In this document: piece after piece, positions 1 to 12,999 of the stretch
How positions within the stretch are numbered: the first letter of the stretch is position 1
How the letters are laid out: every line of letters begins with the position of its first letter
From: Curvularia clavata
Taxonomy: Eukaryota
Length of the DNA stretch: 64,000 nt
Assembly: GCA_023920165.1 (NCBI GenBank)
Contig: CP089274.1
Coordinates: 2,294,001-2,358,000, forward strand
Direction: 5' to 3'
Notes under the pieces: model-generated
The model's database searches: none
Seen by the model: the letters and a program-made list of their open reading frames with translations, nothing else
What the model was told of the DNA's origin: nothing
Made by a program: the position numbers and the translations under genes

Positions 1-1207
1 GGCACGTTCGCAATGAGTGTAGTAAAAAAAAAAGAGGAGCAAGAGCAAAAGACGAAGATCTAGCAGAAGTAGGGATCTTTGACCCCGTATTTAAATATCA
101 AACACAGTGTAAAACCCAGCATCTGCACAAAATCCTTTGCGAAGCCGTGGCGCCCACGGGGATTCGCTCCCGCGGCTTCTGGCACCACCCATTATGGTCA
201 GACGCGCGATCCAGACATACGTTGACATGCAGGGGCCGTCTTGCACAGTGTGCCCCTGAGCCAAGGCTGTACGGCCCAGCCAATTGCGCAAGGGTGATCG
301 GTGGGGGCTGCTCGTAAAGATGGTCTATTGTAGCGAATTATGGAAGGATGGACGCTTCAGGCTGCAAGGGGTGTGACGCGGAGGTCTGTTTCATGAAACG
401 TGCGTTGAGCTGGCCAAGCACGCCACTGACGGTGCCCTAAAGATTGTACGTTAGTAAAAAGTCAGCATCGGCTTGGTATGCGCTGGAGCCCGGCCTTGGG
501 GCCTGAATGTGTGTACGAGACAGCCGGTAGCGCTGGTCGAAATGCACACATTGCCTTCATAAAAGTCATTGCATAGCTGCCAGTGCTGGTGCGGGCAATC
601 GTGTTCGATCGCCATGGATTGATGTGTCAGGAATGTCGACCTCTTGGATGGCTGGTCTAGACAGTCTCGTCCCGAACCGAGACTAGGCTTCCCCTGGCCC
701 CCGCAGCCAATAGCAATGCCGTCTAACGACTCAGCGACCAAAAGACTCGTCAGCGTCCTCGGCAAAACCTTGGGAAATGGGACGGACATGTGCGATTTCT
801 AGATTGCCATGGATAGTGGCTGTGGCGTTCTAGCTCCCACACTATTTCCGGCTCGTCCACTAACGAGCCGCACGCATCGGGAACTGCCCTTTTGTGCTCG
901 ACTCGGACGGGTCAAAACTCGAATATAATTTCCCCCGGCTTACCTTATATATCCTCCCCATATGTACAAGTCTCGGTCTTCGCGCCTACATAGTTCGTAC
1001 CAAGAAAGCATACGTCATGCCTGTTACAAAAGAAGAAGAAAACAGAAATAACTAAAAAAAAAACGCGCACCGAACATGCTTCTCCTTCTGTCGAGTAATC
1101 TCCGAACGCTTCGTCTCCACACGCAGCTTTGACCCGTAAACGATCACAAACCAAACCATTCTGACCCTGGAGCCATCGTATGTACAGATGTATCCACACT
1201 CTCTGCT

Positions 1208-2209
1208 CTACCTCATCTGGATTCTTCTCATTTCTGCCCGCCCCCTCTCCAGTTCCACCGCGAGCCCTCTGGTCCGGAACGTTACTCCATCAACACATAT
1301 TCGCACCCGCTTGATCTTTCCAAGCAACGTGCGATATAGCATTGCCTTGATGTCATTTCCATTGGCGTCTGTCGAAGACCAGATCTTGTCCCAGACTTCC
1401 ACCAGCTCGTTCCGTAAGAGATTCGTGGCCGTCTCGTGGGACTCAGGAACAAACAATGTATCTTCGTCACTTTCATGGCCCGGGTAACTGCTTGAAGCCC
1501 CATCGGGTAGAGGGACGATGTTCAGAATCACTTCATCCACGCAGTCCACGCGGCGGTTTCTGCGCGTCATATCGGGACCGTTGTCGAAAAGGTGCTTGAG
1601 AGCGGCACATACAGCCCAAGATGTCTGTGATTCCTCCACATGCGAGGCACTGGACTCACAGGATCGGATATCCATCCACAGACGCTCTATGGTTGCGTAC
1701 GACGGGTCAAGGCTTGTGGAGAATAGCTTCCCTCTGGAGTTCCCCTTGGCAGTGTAGGCTGTTCCGCTGAAAACGCTAGCTATCCAGCTCCAACTGTCGA
1801 TGATCATGCTCATCCAGCTCTGCTTGCCCTCCTCTTGCTGTTCCAACGCGCCTGGTTTCGTTGGTTTCACGCACGGTAAAGCGAGCCAGGTGAAGTAATG
1901 CGCGTTACTTTGCACAAAACAATCCATCCGCGTAGCCAGCTGCCCTGTCTCTCGCGCCCTCTCAACAATCTGCGTCATCTCTTCATTAATCTGGCGATTG
2001 CTTGCCAGTATGTTCGCACATGTGCTGGGAACCTCCCGAGATGATATAAAGATTCGAGAACCTGCAATAGTCTGGTGCGGCTGACTGATCAGGTACCACT
2101 TAGAGGCTGACTGAGTATCTTGACGGCTTGGGAGTCGCTCACTCGGCATCAAGATCTCTTTGTAGATCATATCTCGCAATTCGCGGGGAAGTTCCAAGAA
2201 CTGCATCAT
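1208..2209 (-). CDS. Hypothetical protein with N-terminal F-box-like motif
   Basis: Uninterrupted ORF; first ATG at 2209 gives MMQFLELPRELRDMIYKEIL, the LxLPxE(I/L)RxxIY motif typical of fungal F-box-like proteins. Confidence 0.7.
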   Translation of the reverse strand: MMQFLELPRELRDMIYKEILMPSERLPSRQDTQSASKWYLISQPHQTIAGSRIFISSREVPSTCANILASNRQINEEMTQIVERARETGQLATRMDCFVQSNAHYFTWLALPCVKPTKPGALEQQEEGKQSWMSMIIDSWSWIASVFSGTAYTAKGNSRGKLFSTSLDPSYATIERLWMDIRSCESSASHVEESQTSWAVCAALKHLFDNGPDMTRRNRRVDCVDEVILNIVPLPDGASSSYPGHESDEDTLFVPESHETATNLLRNELVEVWDKIWSSTDANGNDIKAMLYRTLLGKIKRVRICVDGVTFRTRGLAVELERGRAEMRRIQMR

Positions 2210-3116
2210 GGTGATCTGCAGTCGTCTTCTGGCTTGTGGTGTGCCTGATTCACAGCCTCTTGAGCCTGACAGCGGCCTGATCGGATCGCCGCTCGACTCA
2301 CTCACAAACTATCTCTTCACAATAGTTGGATACTTTGGATTCGCATCTATATTAACAACGCTAAAACACGCCTTTGTTTTTCCATGAAGCTGCGGAGCTT
2401 GTCGCGTGCCTGGCGGTTGTTTCAGGCACGCAGGTGCACCCTGTATTAAGATGCCATAAACGCGGCGCTATGTTCGAGACGGGTTTCGAATGAAGTGAGA
2501 ATTTAAAGCTGAATGAACGCGCTGAGGATTCAAGCAATACACAAGCATACCGGTACTCGTAACCGTATGCTGCTAGAGGACTTCGAAGTGCTGGCACGTA
2601 CGGAGGATCCGGCTCTTTTTCATAAACATGCCGGCGTTCTTGGCGTAAACTCTCCGGATTTCCGTACTCGGCCCCATCGGTCCAATACATACGGAGCGCG
2701 CTTGACTGGTATTCACATACACATAAGCACACTGTTCGCAAAGTATCTGTAGTTCAAATCAAGACCCGGCGCAATCTCACGGCTAGCTTCACCAATACAG
2801 TGGTCAATGTAGGCGTCAGTCTATATGCCCAAGACACACGATCACAAGAGCGTTGACACCTGCTTCTAACAAATATTTTTGTATTGAACAACAAGGGACA
2901 TTTTCATCCTGACGAGCGTCAGAGATGCCTAGAGATATGCTAAACCAAGTAGACAAATATCACGTTAACACCACGCTCCAAACAAGAGGTAGTGACAGAG
3001 GTGACTGGGTCAGAGAGAGTTGTGAAGCGAAGTCTTTCCCTGACAATTAGAGAGGAAAGGGGTATCACGTTAACCTGCTATGGCAAAGCAGGACAGCGGT
3101 GACTAGAGTTTGTTGT

Positions 3117-4586
3117 TCAAGACTCGGCAGGAGCGGGAACAGCTTCGGAAGGCTGAGCTGGCACAGGGGCCTCTGCAGCCAATGCACGGAAACCCTCGGT
3201 GGTGATATTGACGGCACCAGCTTGCACAAGCTACACCCTGTTAGCATTCGGTCATTGGAAAAGTTTAGTCGGCGACTTACAGCACGGCTCAGATCGTCAA
3301 TCAAATCCTCGGGATCCTCAATACCAACACACAAGCGGATAATGTCCTCGGGCATGTTCCTCTCCTTTCTCGTCTTCTCATCAATACTAGCATGGCTCAT
3401 GCGGCAAGGCATGCTGATGAGCGAATTCACGCACCCAAAGCTCACACTAATGCCCCACAGCCTCGCACTTTCAACAATGCGTTCACTAATGGTAACATCC
3501 CCGGTTTCAAAAGACAACACAGCGCCAGCACCACGTGCCATGCTCCAATGCAAATCATACTGGGGGTGCGATTTCAAGCCTGGGTAACGGACCTTGAAGC
3601 CGTGAGATTCAAGGAAGTTGGCGATGCGCATGGCGTTTGCCTGCTGCTTCTCCATACGGACACCTAGAGTCTTGATACCACGAAGGAGCAGCCAAGAGTC
3701 AAAGGGAGAAAGACCGCAGCCTGAAGCGTTGATGGTGAAGAAGAGGCGGTCTCCCAGAGCTGAATCATTGATGGCAATGACGCCAGCCATAAGATCGTGG
3801 TGGCCGGAAAGGTACTTGGTGCCAGACTCGTAGACGATATCGGCGCCGAGATCGAGCGGGTTCAATAGCATGGGAGACATCATGGTATTATCGACTGCAA
3901 CAATGGCAGTGGGGTTTGCCGCATGGGCGATGCTAGCGATAGCGGGAATGTCGCAGATCTTGATTAGAGGGTTCGTTGGGGTCTCGAGGAGTACCATGGC
4001 CGTCTTGTTGTTGACAACGCCACGAACACTTTCAGGGTTCGTGGTGTCGACATGGTGGACAATGATACCGCCGTGTGTCGAGAGATACTTGAGCAGTCTG
4101 TTTGTTCCACCGTACAGATCGTCGCCGGTAATGACTTCGTCTCCGGGTCGCAGGAGGCGGGTGATGACGTCGAGGGCACCCATACCGGACGAAACAACGA
4201 GTGCGCGGTTCGCATTCATAATCTTAGCAAGGTGTCTCTCCAGGTGTGTGCGTGTAGGGTTGCCAGAACGTGTATAGTCATAGTCGCCGCCGCCACCGCT
4301 CGCCGACTCTTGCTTGAAAGTGGCAGTCTGGGTATGTTAGCTAGCCGCCATGTAAAAGCACTCGTTCTTGCTTATGGGAATGTGCTGGGCTTACTTGGTA
4401 GATGGGGACGGAGCTGGCATTGTACTGGTCGCTGCTCTCTGTGTATACCAGCTCCGTCATCAGCGCATACTTCCTGCCATTGCGGGGCGAGCTGGGCGCT
4501 GGCGAAGGCGGCAGGTTATGGCCGTCAATGTCGAGCGGAATGGCAGCCTTTCCAGCAGCAGCGGCCTTCTTAGAGCTCTCTGCCAT
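3117..4586 (-). CDS. STR3: Cystathionine beta-lyase (PLP-dependent transsulfuration enzyme)
   Basis: Exons 4586-4395, 4327-3281, 3230-3117 with canonical GT/CTAAC/AG introns. Motifs YDYTRSGNPTR, ETPTNP, DNT, ESGTKYLSGHHD (PLP Lys), IRLCVGIED. Confidence 0.92.
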
Positions 4587-4847
4587 TGCGAGTGTTTGGC
4601 GTCCGCGTTGCGGACTTGAGTAAAAGCTTTGTGGCGTGGGACTCACGAGATCCGTGATGCGCGTTGAGGCGATGACGAAATGGGAGTGTTGAAGGGTAGA
4701 TGGCGTCCTGTGCAGCGATAGTCGATGCAAGCGGCAGACTTTGAGCGACCGAAAGTGTGAGTCCAGAGATCAAAAGTACCGCTGGGCGTCCCCAAGACCA
4801 TGTGCAAGGCACTCTAGTCGGGGCATGGGTGGGGAGTCACCGCTGGA

Positions 4848-4857
4848 ATTGCGCCAT
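4848..4857 (-). promoter_or_regulatory. Candidate CYS-3/MetR bZIP site upstream of cystathionine beta-lyase
   Basis: ATTGCGCCAT, one mismatch to the ATGRYRYCAT consensus, about 265 bp upstream of the ATG; GAGTCA (TGACTC) at 4834-4839 lies beside it. Confidence 0.5.
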
Positions 4858-5261
4858 CGAGGGCAAATCGGCAGTTTTCCCTGGCTCCGAACATCGCCCG
4901 CACGGTGCCGGATCCGGAGCAGCAAGGGGGCGTAGAGAGGAGGGGCATTTACCCCAGATTGAGGTAACGAATCCACCACATCACGCATATTACACAAGAT
5001 AGCCACAACCTGATTCCGGAACGGTTGGAGTGCTGTTTCAACTACCTAAATACACGGGTATACCTGTTTCGACCAATTTAAGTCCACACGAAGAATTACA
5101 ACCAATACACCAATAACAGAACAGGCGATATGCTCTGGTCCTAATCGCCAAGACGAATGCAAGTACTACATACGCACAACCCATCAACGCCACAAATGCC
5201 GGCTCATAAAGAAACACTTTAGCCCACCGTGAGAAAAGTAAGCAACCTCGCATGCTGCAAT

Positions 5262-7491
5262 TTATCGCGGGGTGATTGCGGGAAATGCTTTTCTCACATG
5301 AAGATTCATCTTGAGTTCGAAGATACCTTCCTCTGTTCCGCAGTACAACGTTCGTCCGTCTTGACTCATAGCCAGTCCCGCTGTACGCACACCCAGACGT
5401 GCATCGTGAGTGGCGCGACTCGACCTCCGGAGACCAAGGCTGAACTCGTACGTTTCCGTGATAGGCTGGCCGGCGCGTGCATTGCGGAGGCGTTCACGTG
5501 CTTGTGTAAGTTGGCGGATACGGCGAAGCTCGTTGCGGAGTTCAGGCGCAGTGGCATTGCTGTCAGATGGAGCTGGGTGTGATGTAGCGCTGCGGTTTGC
5601 AGCTCGTGTCTGCTCAGCAGCAAGCGCCTCCTCAACTGTGCGCCATGCTTCGTCTGTCGACGCAACAAGTTCGCTAGTCATGCGACGCGCCTGTGCCGGC
5701 ACGGGGTTGGGTGACCGCGTAATGGTCGAATCGGTAATGTTGGTGATTGTCACGGGTGCATTGATTGTGCCTTCGTTGATGGACACAATAACAGAGGCCT
5801 GACGTCGGGGTGCTGTACGATCATAGTGCCAGCGAGGATGACCCGCCCTTTCTGTCATAAACTGAGCCATGGCCTCGGCGACTTCTCGAGCAGTAGCTTC
5901 TCTACATCATGTTAGTCAAAAGCTCTAAACAGCGACATGTTCGCAACCTACGGTACAGCGTCAAGTGGCCCGGAAGCCATATAGTTGATGCTTCGGGGCG
6001 TTAATTCCTGTTCTCGGGACTCTTCTCGTTGTCGGTGGTTTGTACGTAACGCACTGAGGACTTGTCTTTCGCGCGCTGTCAAGCCAAGCGGATCGTTGTC
6101 CGACTCAACTACGCCTAGTCGGCGATGTAGCCTCTGTCGCTCTGAGTCAGCCTCAAAGTTGTATTCGTTTGCAGCATTCGTCGCTGATGCAGTTCCCTCG
6201 GTGTCCAGAGCACGGCGATATCTTCGGATAAAGTCTGCTTCGCGGCGCAGCTCATGCATCTCCGGGCTAAGAGTCAAGTCCAACTCAGCCAACTCGACAC
6301 TTTCCAGACCCTCTTCTTTGGGATCCAAGGTCACTGTCTGCTTAACCTTCAAGCCCGCCCTCAAGTCAGCGATGCACACTCTGCCTTGGTCCTCGCTCCA
6401 CACAAGAAAGTCCCATGGTGCGGGAGAGAAGTGCATTGTTCGTACCGCGCCAGGCCCAGTCCGAGTATCGGGACGTGTGGAACTAAGCAACTGCAGGATG
6501 GCGTCTTCCCCATATTCGACAATCTTCAGTAGCTCGACATCAAACACAGTAATGTATCCACACTCAGATCCAACTGCGCAAAGACGTCCAGAAGGCGACC
6601 ATGCTGTGGTGAAGTAGCCATCTGCATGAGAATTTGCAGGCCGATACAAAGCTACATGCTTCATGAGCTCCCATTCCGGTGGTGTTGATTGTATCCATCC
6701 CTCTGCCATCTTGTTCCCACTCTTTTGTGACTTTGTTCGTTCGAAAAAGTATCCAATCGGCGAGTCGCCCACAGCTACCAACATCTCTCCGTCTGGCGAT
6801 ATCGAAGCATGGTTCATGGCAAAGGGCAGGTCAAGTACTGCGAGTTCCAGATTCTGTGTGAGCGAGTAAATGCGCACGGTCTTGTCATTGTTAGTAAGTA
6901 CCGCCACGACTTCATCCGGGCCATCCTCCCCTCCAGGTAGCTTGTGTATCGATATTGAGTTGACAATGTCGGCCCCAATCTTCTCAAGGCGTATGCGCGA
7001 CGCAGCGCCTAGGAGCGGAGGGCGAGGCAGACGGTGTTCGAAGTCCAGGGGCAAAGAGGCATCGACATCGGACGGGTCGATGGGAGGGAAGCCAGTCACT
7101 TTGATGGCAGCAAAGTTGCCGTGCTCCTCACCTCCGACGCACACGTAGCCATATCCGGATGCCGTGCAGCGTGCTTCCCAGGGCAGTGTGGTTACGTGCG
7201 CCTGTGTTCGTGTGGCGGCATTGAGGCAGTAAACGGCCGCGCCGCTCGCATAGTAGAGAAGGTCAGGTTCGGGAGACGAGATGAAATGGCGTAGTTGGTA
7301 ATGTCTGCAAACGTCAGCTCTCGACCAACAGTTGGATGGTGGTACGGCGCTCACGCGATGGGAATCTTAGTAGGATAGTAAGCCTTCTGAGCTAATACAA
7401 AGGTATCCGTGTCTCGACTCCTATCGCAATCAGTAAAGACGAAAGAGATGTTGCCGGGGGCGTCTACGCACAGAAATTCATCGACTGCCAT
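5262..7491 (-). CDS. DUF2415 / WD40-like beta-propeller protein
   Basis: ATG 7491, two short 5' introns, main exon containing HYQLRHFIS, NNDKTVRIYSL, MNHASISPDG, FTTAWSP, WSEDQGRVCIAD; intron 5951-5902; last exon with GLAMSQDGRTLYCGTEEGIFE. Confidence 0.8.
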
Positions 7492-8153
7492 AATTCTGCG
7501 GTCAGGTTGGAGAGGGGTGCATGTCTTCGTGTTTCGCAGGTGTGAGCGGAGCTGGTGCGGCCCAGCAGGAGAGAGCCTTCTACGTCACAGGATGCTTGGT
7601 TGCACAACGCTAGCGATGGTATCGAACAGACAGTAGGAATAGATTCTGGATGTGAAGGCAGCTTTATGGGCTATCTTGTATTCGAGCGCGTCTGTATATA
7701 CAGGTGCTGGTAAGAGGGTGCGATGTGGTAGAGTGGCAGTGTTTCGAGGTGCCCGGGCGTTACCACTGACAAGCATCTCCCCACACTCGCACGTATGCGC
7801 CAAGCCTTGCGCACTGGGACGCTGATGGCCATCATCACCACCACCACCAGACAGTTGTGGCGACAGGGCCAATTATGTGTGCCGCCGTCATGGAAAAAGA
7901 CGCCTTCGCCGCCTCTTCCGGGTTTATGTCGCGTCGTCCACTTTTCGCTACAAATCGGAAGCACAGACAGTTGTAGCGGAACCTCGGAGGGCAATCCAGC
8001 ACCAAAACGAGCTAGAACCTTCTCCGAGAATTTTGTCTATCGTCAAAGCTTCTATCACTACATCATATATTCCACCCACCCTCCCACCCATCACCTTTAC
8101 ACCCCATTTTCTGTCGCCTGCATCCAATTCCGCAGCGTCTCACACAAGTCAAA

Positions 8154-10277
8154 ATGCTGTCCTCAAGGCTATCACGGAATGTAAGCAATTGAGCGGTCTT
8201 TTTCCATTGTTGGAACTATTTCTGACCTCATCGCAGTTTTTGCCTCGTGCGGCTTCGGCGGCGAGACGCACTCCCGCATTCAGGGCTCCGGCCATGTTTG
8301 CGCGAGGATATGCTGAGGGCGGTGAGGAGAAGGTAAAGGGCTCAGTCATTGGTATTGATCTGGGCACCACCAACTCCGCCGTCGCTGTCATGGAGGGCAA
8401 GGTCCCACGCATCATTGAGAACTCTGAGGGTTCGTCATACTCCATCTGACTTTTACCCGCATGGCAATGCTAACAGAACAACAGGTGGACGTACAACTCC
8501 TTCCGTTGTTGGTTTCACAAAGGAAGGCGAGCGTCTTGTCGGTATCGCCGCCAAGCGCCAGGCTGTCGTCAACCCAGAGAATACTCTCTTTGCCACCAAG
8601 CGTCTTATCGGTCGCAAGTTCACAGACGCCGAGGTCCAGCGCGACATCAAGCAAGTCCCATACAAGATTGTCCAGCACACCAACGGTGATGCCTGGCTCG
8701 AGGCTCAGGGCCAGAAGTACTCGCCCTCCCAGGTCGGTGGTTTCGTCCTCGGAAAGATGAAGGAGACCGCCGAGGCCTACATGGGCAAGAACGTCAAGAA
8801 CGCCGTCGTCACCGTCCCCGCTTACTTCAACGACTCCCAGCGTCAGGCCACCAAGGATGCTGGTCAGATTGCTGGTCTCAACGTTCTTCGTGTCGTCAAC
8901 GAGCCTACTGCTGCCGCTCTCGCTTACGGTCTTGACAAGGCCACCGACAACGTCGTCGCTGTCTACGATCTTGGTGGTGGAACTTTCGATATCTCCATTC
9001 TCGAGATCCAGTCTGGTGTCTTCGAGGTCAAGTCCACCAACGGCGATACCCATCTTGGAGGTGAAGATTTCGATATTACCCTGGTGCGCCACCTTGTCGA
9101 CCAGTTCAAGAAGGAGCAGGGTATCGACCTGAACAACGACCGCATGGCTATCCAGCGTATCCGTGAGGCCGCTGAGAAGGCAAAGATCGAGCTTTCTTCC
9201 TCTTCGCAGACCGACATCAACCTGCCTTTCATCACTGCCGACGCCTCCGGACCCAAGCACATCAACACCAAGCTCACTCGTGCTCAGCTCGAGAAGATGA
9301 TGGACCCTCTCATCAGCCGCACTGTTGAGCCTGTCCGCAAGGCCCTCAAGGACGCCAACCTCAAGGCTACCGATATCTCTGAGGTCATCCTTGTCGGTGG
9401 TATGACCCGTATGCCCAAGGTCACTGAGTCTGTCAAGAGCATTTTCGGTCGCGACCCCGCCAAGTCGGTCAACCCCGACGAGGCCGTTGCCATTGGTGCC
9501 GCTATTCAGGGTGCTGTCCTTGCTGGTGAGGTCACTGACCTTCTCCTGCTCGATGTCACTCCTCTGTCCCTTGGTATTGAGACCCTTGGTGGAGTGTTCA
9601 CCCGTCTGATCAACCGCAACACCACCATCCCCACCAAGAAGTCCCAGGTCTTCTCCACCGCCGCCGACTTCCAGAGCGCTGTCGAGATCAAGGTCTACCA
9701 GGGTGAACGTGAGCTCGTCCGCGACAACAAGCTCCTTGGAAACTTCCAGCTTGTTGGCATTCCCCCAGCCCACCGCGGTGTTCCCCAGATTGAGGTCACT
9801 TTCGACATTGACGCTGACTCGATCGTCCACGTCCACGCCAAGGACAAGTCCACCAACAAGGACCAGTCCATCACCATTGCCTCTGGCTCCGGTCTCTCCG
9901 ATGCCGAGATCGAGAGCATGGTCAGGGACTCTGAGCAGTACGCTGAGCAAGACAAGGAGCGCAAGAACGCCATTGAGGCTGCCAACCGTGCCGACAGTGT
10001 TGTGAACGACACCGAGAAGGCCCTCAAGGAGTTCGAGGACCGTCTTGACAAGGCCGAGGCCGAGAAGATCAAGGAGAAGATTGCCTCCATGCGCGAGTTC
10101 ATCTCTCAGAGCCAGTCTGGCGAGGGCACCGCCTCTGCTGCTGAGATCAAGGAGAAGACCGACGAGCTCCAGAACGCTTCTCTGAGCCTGTTCGACCAGA
10201 TGCACAAGGCCCGCTCCGAGAGCCAGAACCAGAGCGAGCAGCCTCAGCAGGAGGGTGAGGGCGAGAAGAAGCAGTAA
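8154..10277 (+). CDS. SSC1: Mitochondrial Hsp70 chaperone
   Basis: Arg/Ser/Ala-rich presequence; [56 protein letters not shown]; introns about 8181-8235 and 8430-8484; strong codon bias. Confidence 0.97.
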
Positions 10278-11097
10278 ATGCTTTAATCGTTCAGCCCCGG
10301 TTTTGTTTTCCATTGTTGTCATTCACGTCCAAAAGCAGGCGTCTTGCATTCGGTCACGGTTGGTCTGTTAGGTCTATCAGACCCTCATGTCCTCGCCCGT
10401 GTTTGAGCATCTCTGTATCATATTTGACGATTTCTCTTCTCACATTAGCGTTTGTTTTAGTACCCATTACGGATCTTTGGTTCATGTCGGAATAACGAAA
10501 GAGTGATATCCTCTGGCAAACAAAAGATATATGGGATGGACGATGTAATCCATGGCGAAGCCCAGGAGTGTACCATAGCATAGAGATGCGAGATGGTAGC
10601 GCTCAGCTAACTTCTCCGCTCTAAATCAATGATGAAATGTTCATACGCCAGCCTGTCTGTGATCGCTGTACGAGCATGAGTGACTATTCTCCAAAACGAC
10701 TATTCTTTGATTTGTAATTCTGAAAAATCTCTCGACTAGTTACCGAGGCATCCTTCTTGCCCCGCTGTGTAGCAGCTACATCCATCAGTCGAAGTATGTT
10801 ACGTCATAACGAGCCAACTACTTCTACTTCTCCTTGATGCACATGCATCGTCAGTGCTGACAACTTCGAGTTTCAATCTCTATGTACACATTTCTAACTT
10901 CTCGTGCCCTGGTGTATTCTAAATCTGTCGCAGACACAAATTGCATCTCGCGGACCATCAGCATTAAGGCCAGAGGCTGTGAGACAAGGAAGCCTTTACC
11001 ACAAATTCCGAATAACCGTAATCTGCCGGTCTCGAGAGTCCCCGGGTCTATTCACAAGATCAATTACAGCTCCACTGCATCTGCTTCGAAGCCAAAA

Positions 11098-12237
11098 ATG
11101 ACAGAGGCGACAAATCACCCTTTATCTGGACTGTGGCAGCCCACACAACTGCAAAGACTGCACTACGGACCAAACTCGGTCACTCAGCATTTGATTTCCT
11201 GTCTCCCGAAAGAATCCAGCAAGGCCTTTATTATTACCGGTAACTCGCTAGCTACTAAAACACCGTTGGTAAAGCAGGTGGAAGAGCTTCTAGGCGAAAA
11301 GCATGCCGGTACCTTCAGCAAGATTGGTGAACATGCACCCGTCGCACAGCTCGATGAAGCAACCGAACTTTTGAAGAAAGACACCAACATCGACACTGTC
11401 ATATCTATTGGTGGCGGAAGCCCAATCGACAGCTCAAAAGCCATTAGCTATCGTTTGCACGAAAAGACAGGGAAATTCCTATACCATATTGCAATCCCCA
11501 CCACGCTGAGCGCCAGTGAATGCACCCTTATGGCAGGCTACACGCAAGCCGATGGTGTGAAGACAGGCGTTAGAGCACCAGAACTAGTCCCGCATGTTGT
11601 CATCTACGACGCCAAATTCGCACTCCACACACCTGAGAGACTATGGATGAGCACTGGTCTACGCGCCATGGACCACGCTGTCGAGTTACTTTACCATCCC
11701 ACTGCTTCGGAGATGCCTGCGCGCTGGTTGACGCTACAGAGCGCAGCAACATTATTCGAGGCTTTACCAAAATACAAGCAGGATCCTAAGAACGAGGATG
11801 TCATCACTAAATTGCAACTGGCTGCTTTTGCTTCCCTGGGCTTTCTGGGCTACAACATCAAGGGTGGACTTGGGCTCTCTCATGCGTTGGGCTACGCTCT
11901 TGGTTCTCCGTATGGAATACCCCATGGCATCACGTCATGCCTTACACTTGGCCATGCCGTAAAGCTGAAGGCGAAGGACCCGGCTGCCGCAGAGCAGATT
12001 GCTCGTCTCCTTCCGTTTATTGGCGAGCGTGCTTCTGGGGATACCAAGGCGGATGCAGAAGTGGTTGGAGATAGGATTCTGAAGTTGGTAAAGGACTTGG
12101 AGTTAGATAGTGATTTGAAGAACTACAAGGTCGGAAGAGATCAGATTCCAGTTATTACGGAGAGAGCGATGGGCGGGATGAAAGAGGGTCAGGTTTATGA
12201 TGCTGTTGAGGGTTTGGTCAAGGGGTTGTTTGTGTGA
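11098..12237 (+). CDS. Iron-containing alcohol dehydrogenase family protein (maleylacetate reductase-like)
   Basis: IGGGSPIDSSK, IPTTLSASE, AMDHAVE, GLSHALG, PHGITS Fe-ADH motifs; ATG in AAAAATG context at 11098. Confidence 0.85.
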   Translation: MTEATNHPLSGLWQPTQLQRLHYGPNSVTQHLISCLPKESSKAFIITGNSLATKTPLVKQVEELLGEKHAGTFSKIGEHAPVAQLDEATELLKKDTNIDTVISIGGGSPIDSSKAISYRLHEKTGKFLYHIAIPTTLSASECTLMAGYTQADGVKTGVRAPELVPHVVIYDAKFALHTPERLWMSTGLRAMDHAVELLYHPTASEMPARWLTLQSAATLFEALPKYKQDPKNEDVITKLQLAAFASLGFLGYNIKGGLGLSHALGYALGSPYGIPHGITSCLTLGHAVKLKAKDPAAAEQIARLLPFIGERASGDTKADAEVVGDRILKLVKDLELDSDLKNYKVGRDQIPVITERAMGGMKEGQVYDAVEGLVKGLFV

Positions 12238-12999
12238 TCTAAAGAGTGTTCCGTTTTCTGAAAATTGAAACTTTGTATAAATATTCCAACCAGTGTTATC
12301 TTCAATAGCCCATGAGTATTGGTAACTTGAAGTTTGGATAACTAGGCCATAAGCAAAGCTTACTCATGCGCGGACAATCAGTAAGCTACATGAACCTTGC
12401 CCTTCATCCGCTCTTCTCGAAATCTAAACATCCTTTACCCAAAACTGGATTCATTGTGTGTTAGTTTCGATTTGAAACGCCGTATAGTTTACAGGTCGGC
12501 ATGGCCCATGGTTCACCACTAAACTACTTCGTGTATGTATAGCTGACTGCTGCCTAGCGCTTGACAGTCCTCCGGAACATAATGTGATTGAATCACTGGG
12601 TAAGAAGGCCATGCAATGTTCCAGTAACCAAGACATCAACTTTAACAACTGCCGTGATGAGGAATGCGAGGTTCTAAATGGGGGATTTCTCCGAGGCAGC
12701 GCATCGTGTCAGCGCACCTGAGGGGGGAACTCTGGCTCAATGGCGTAACGCTCGGACCAATGACGCTACACCTGCCTTACGCCTGTTACCGTCATGCTTG
12801 GAACATGATGCTCACATGCAGGCACAGGCGATCACCCTTTCAAACGGCCCGTCTGCGTCAGACACGAGACTGATGAACCATTCGGTTAAGGATCTGGCCT
12901 TCCCGGGTCCTGTTCCTCCACTTACCCCAACTTTTTCCTTTTATAGCTGAGGCCGAAGCCTTCCAGGCATCGTTATCCAGGCCAACTTCACCAGGCATC

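Noticed and set aside
1..1200. Short ORFs at the window start
   Set aside because: No coding signature; probably the 3' flank of the F-box-like gene and regulatory DNA of a gene outside the window.
3065..3280. Intron-retained cystathionine beta-lyase ending ..HSRLT as a cryptic peroxisomal PTS1
   Set aside because: SRL is not terminal (followed by Thr); the spliced form ends PAES; no TGA-CTA readthrough context.
8412..10322. 636-aa antisense ORF over Hsp70
   Set aside because: Well-known by-product of strong codon bias in hsp70 genes (avoidance of TTA/CTA/TCA removes antisense stops); exactly mirrors the sense CDS.
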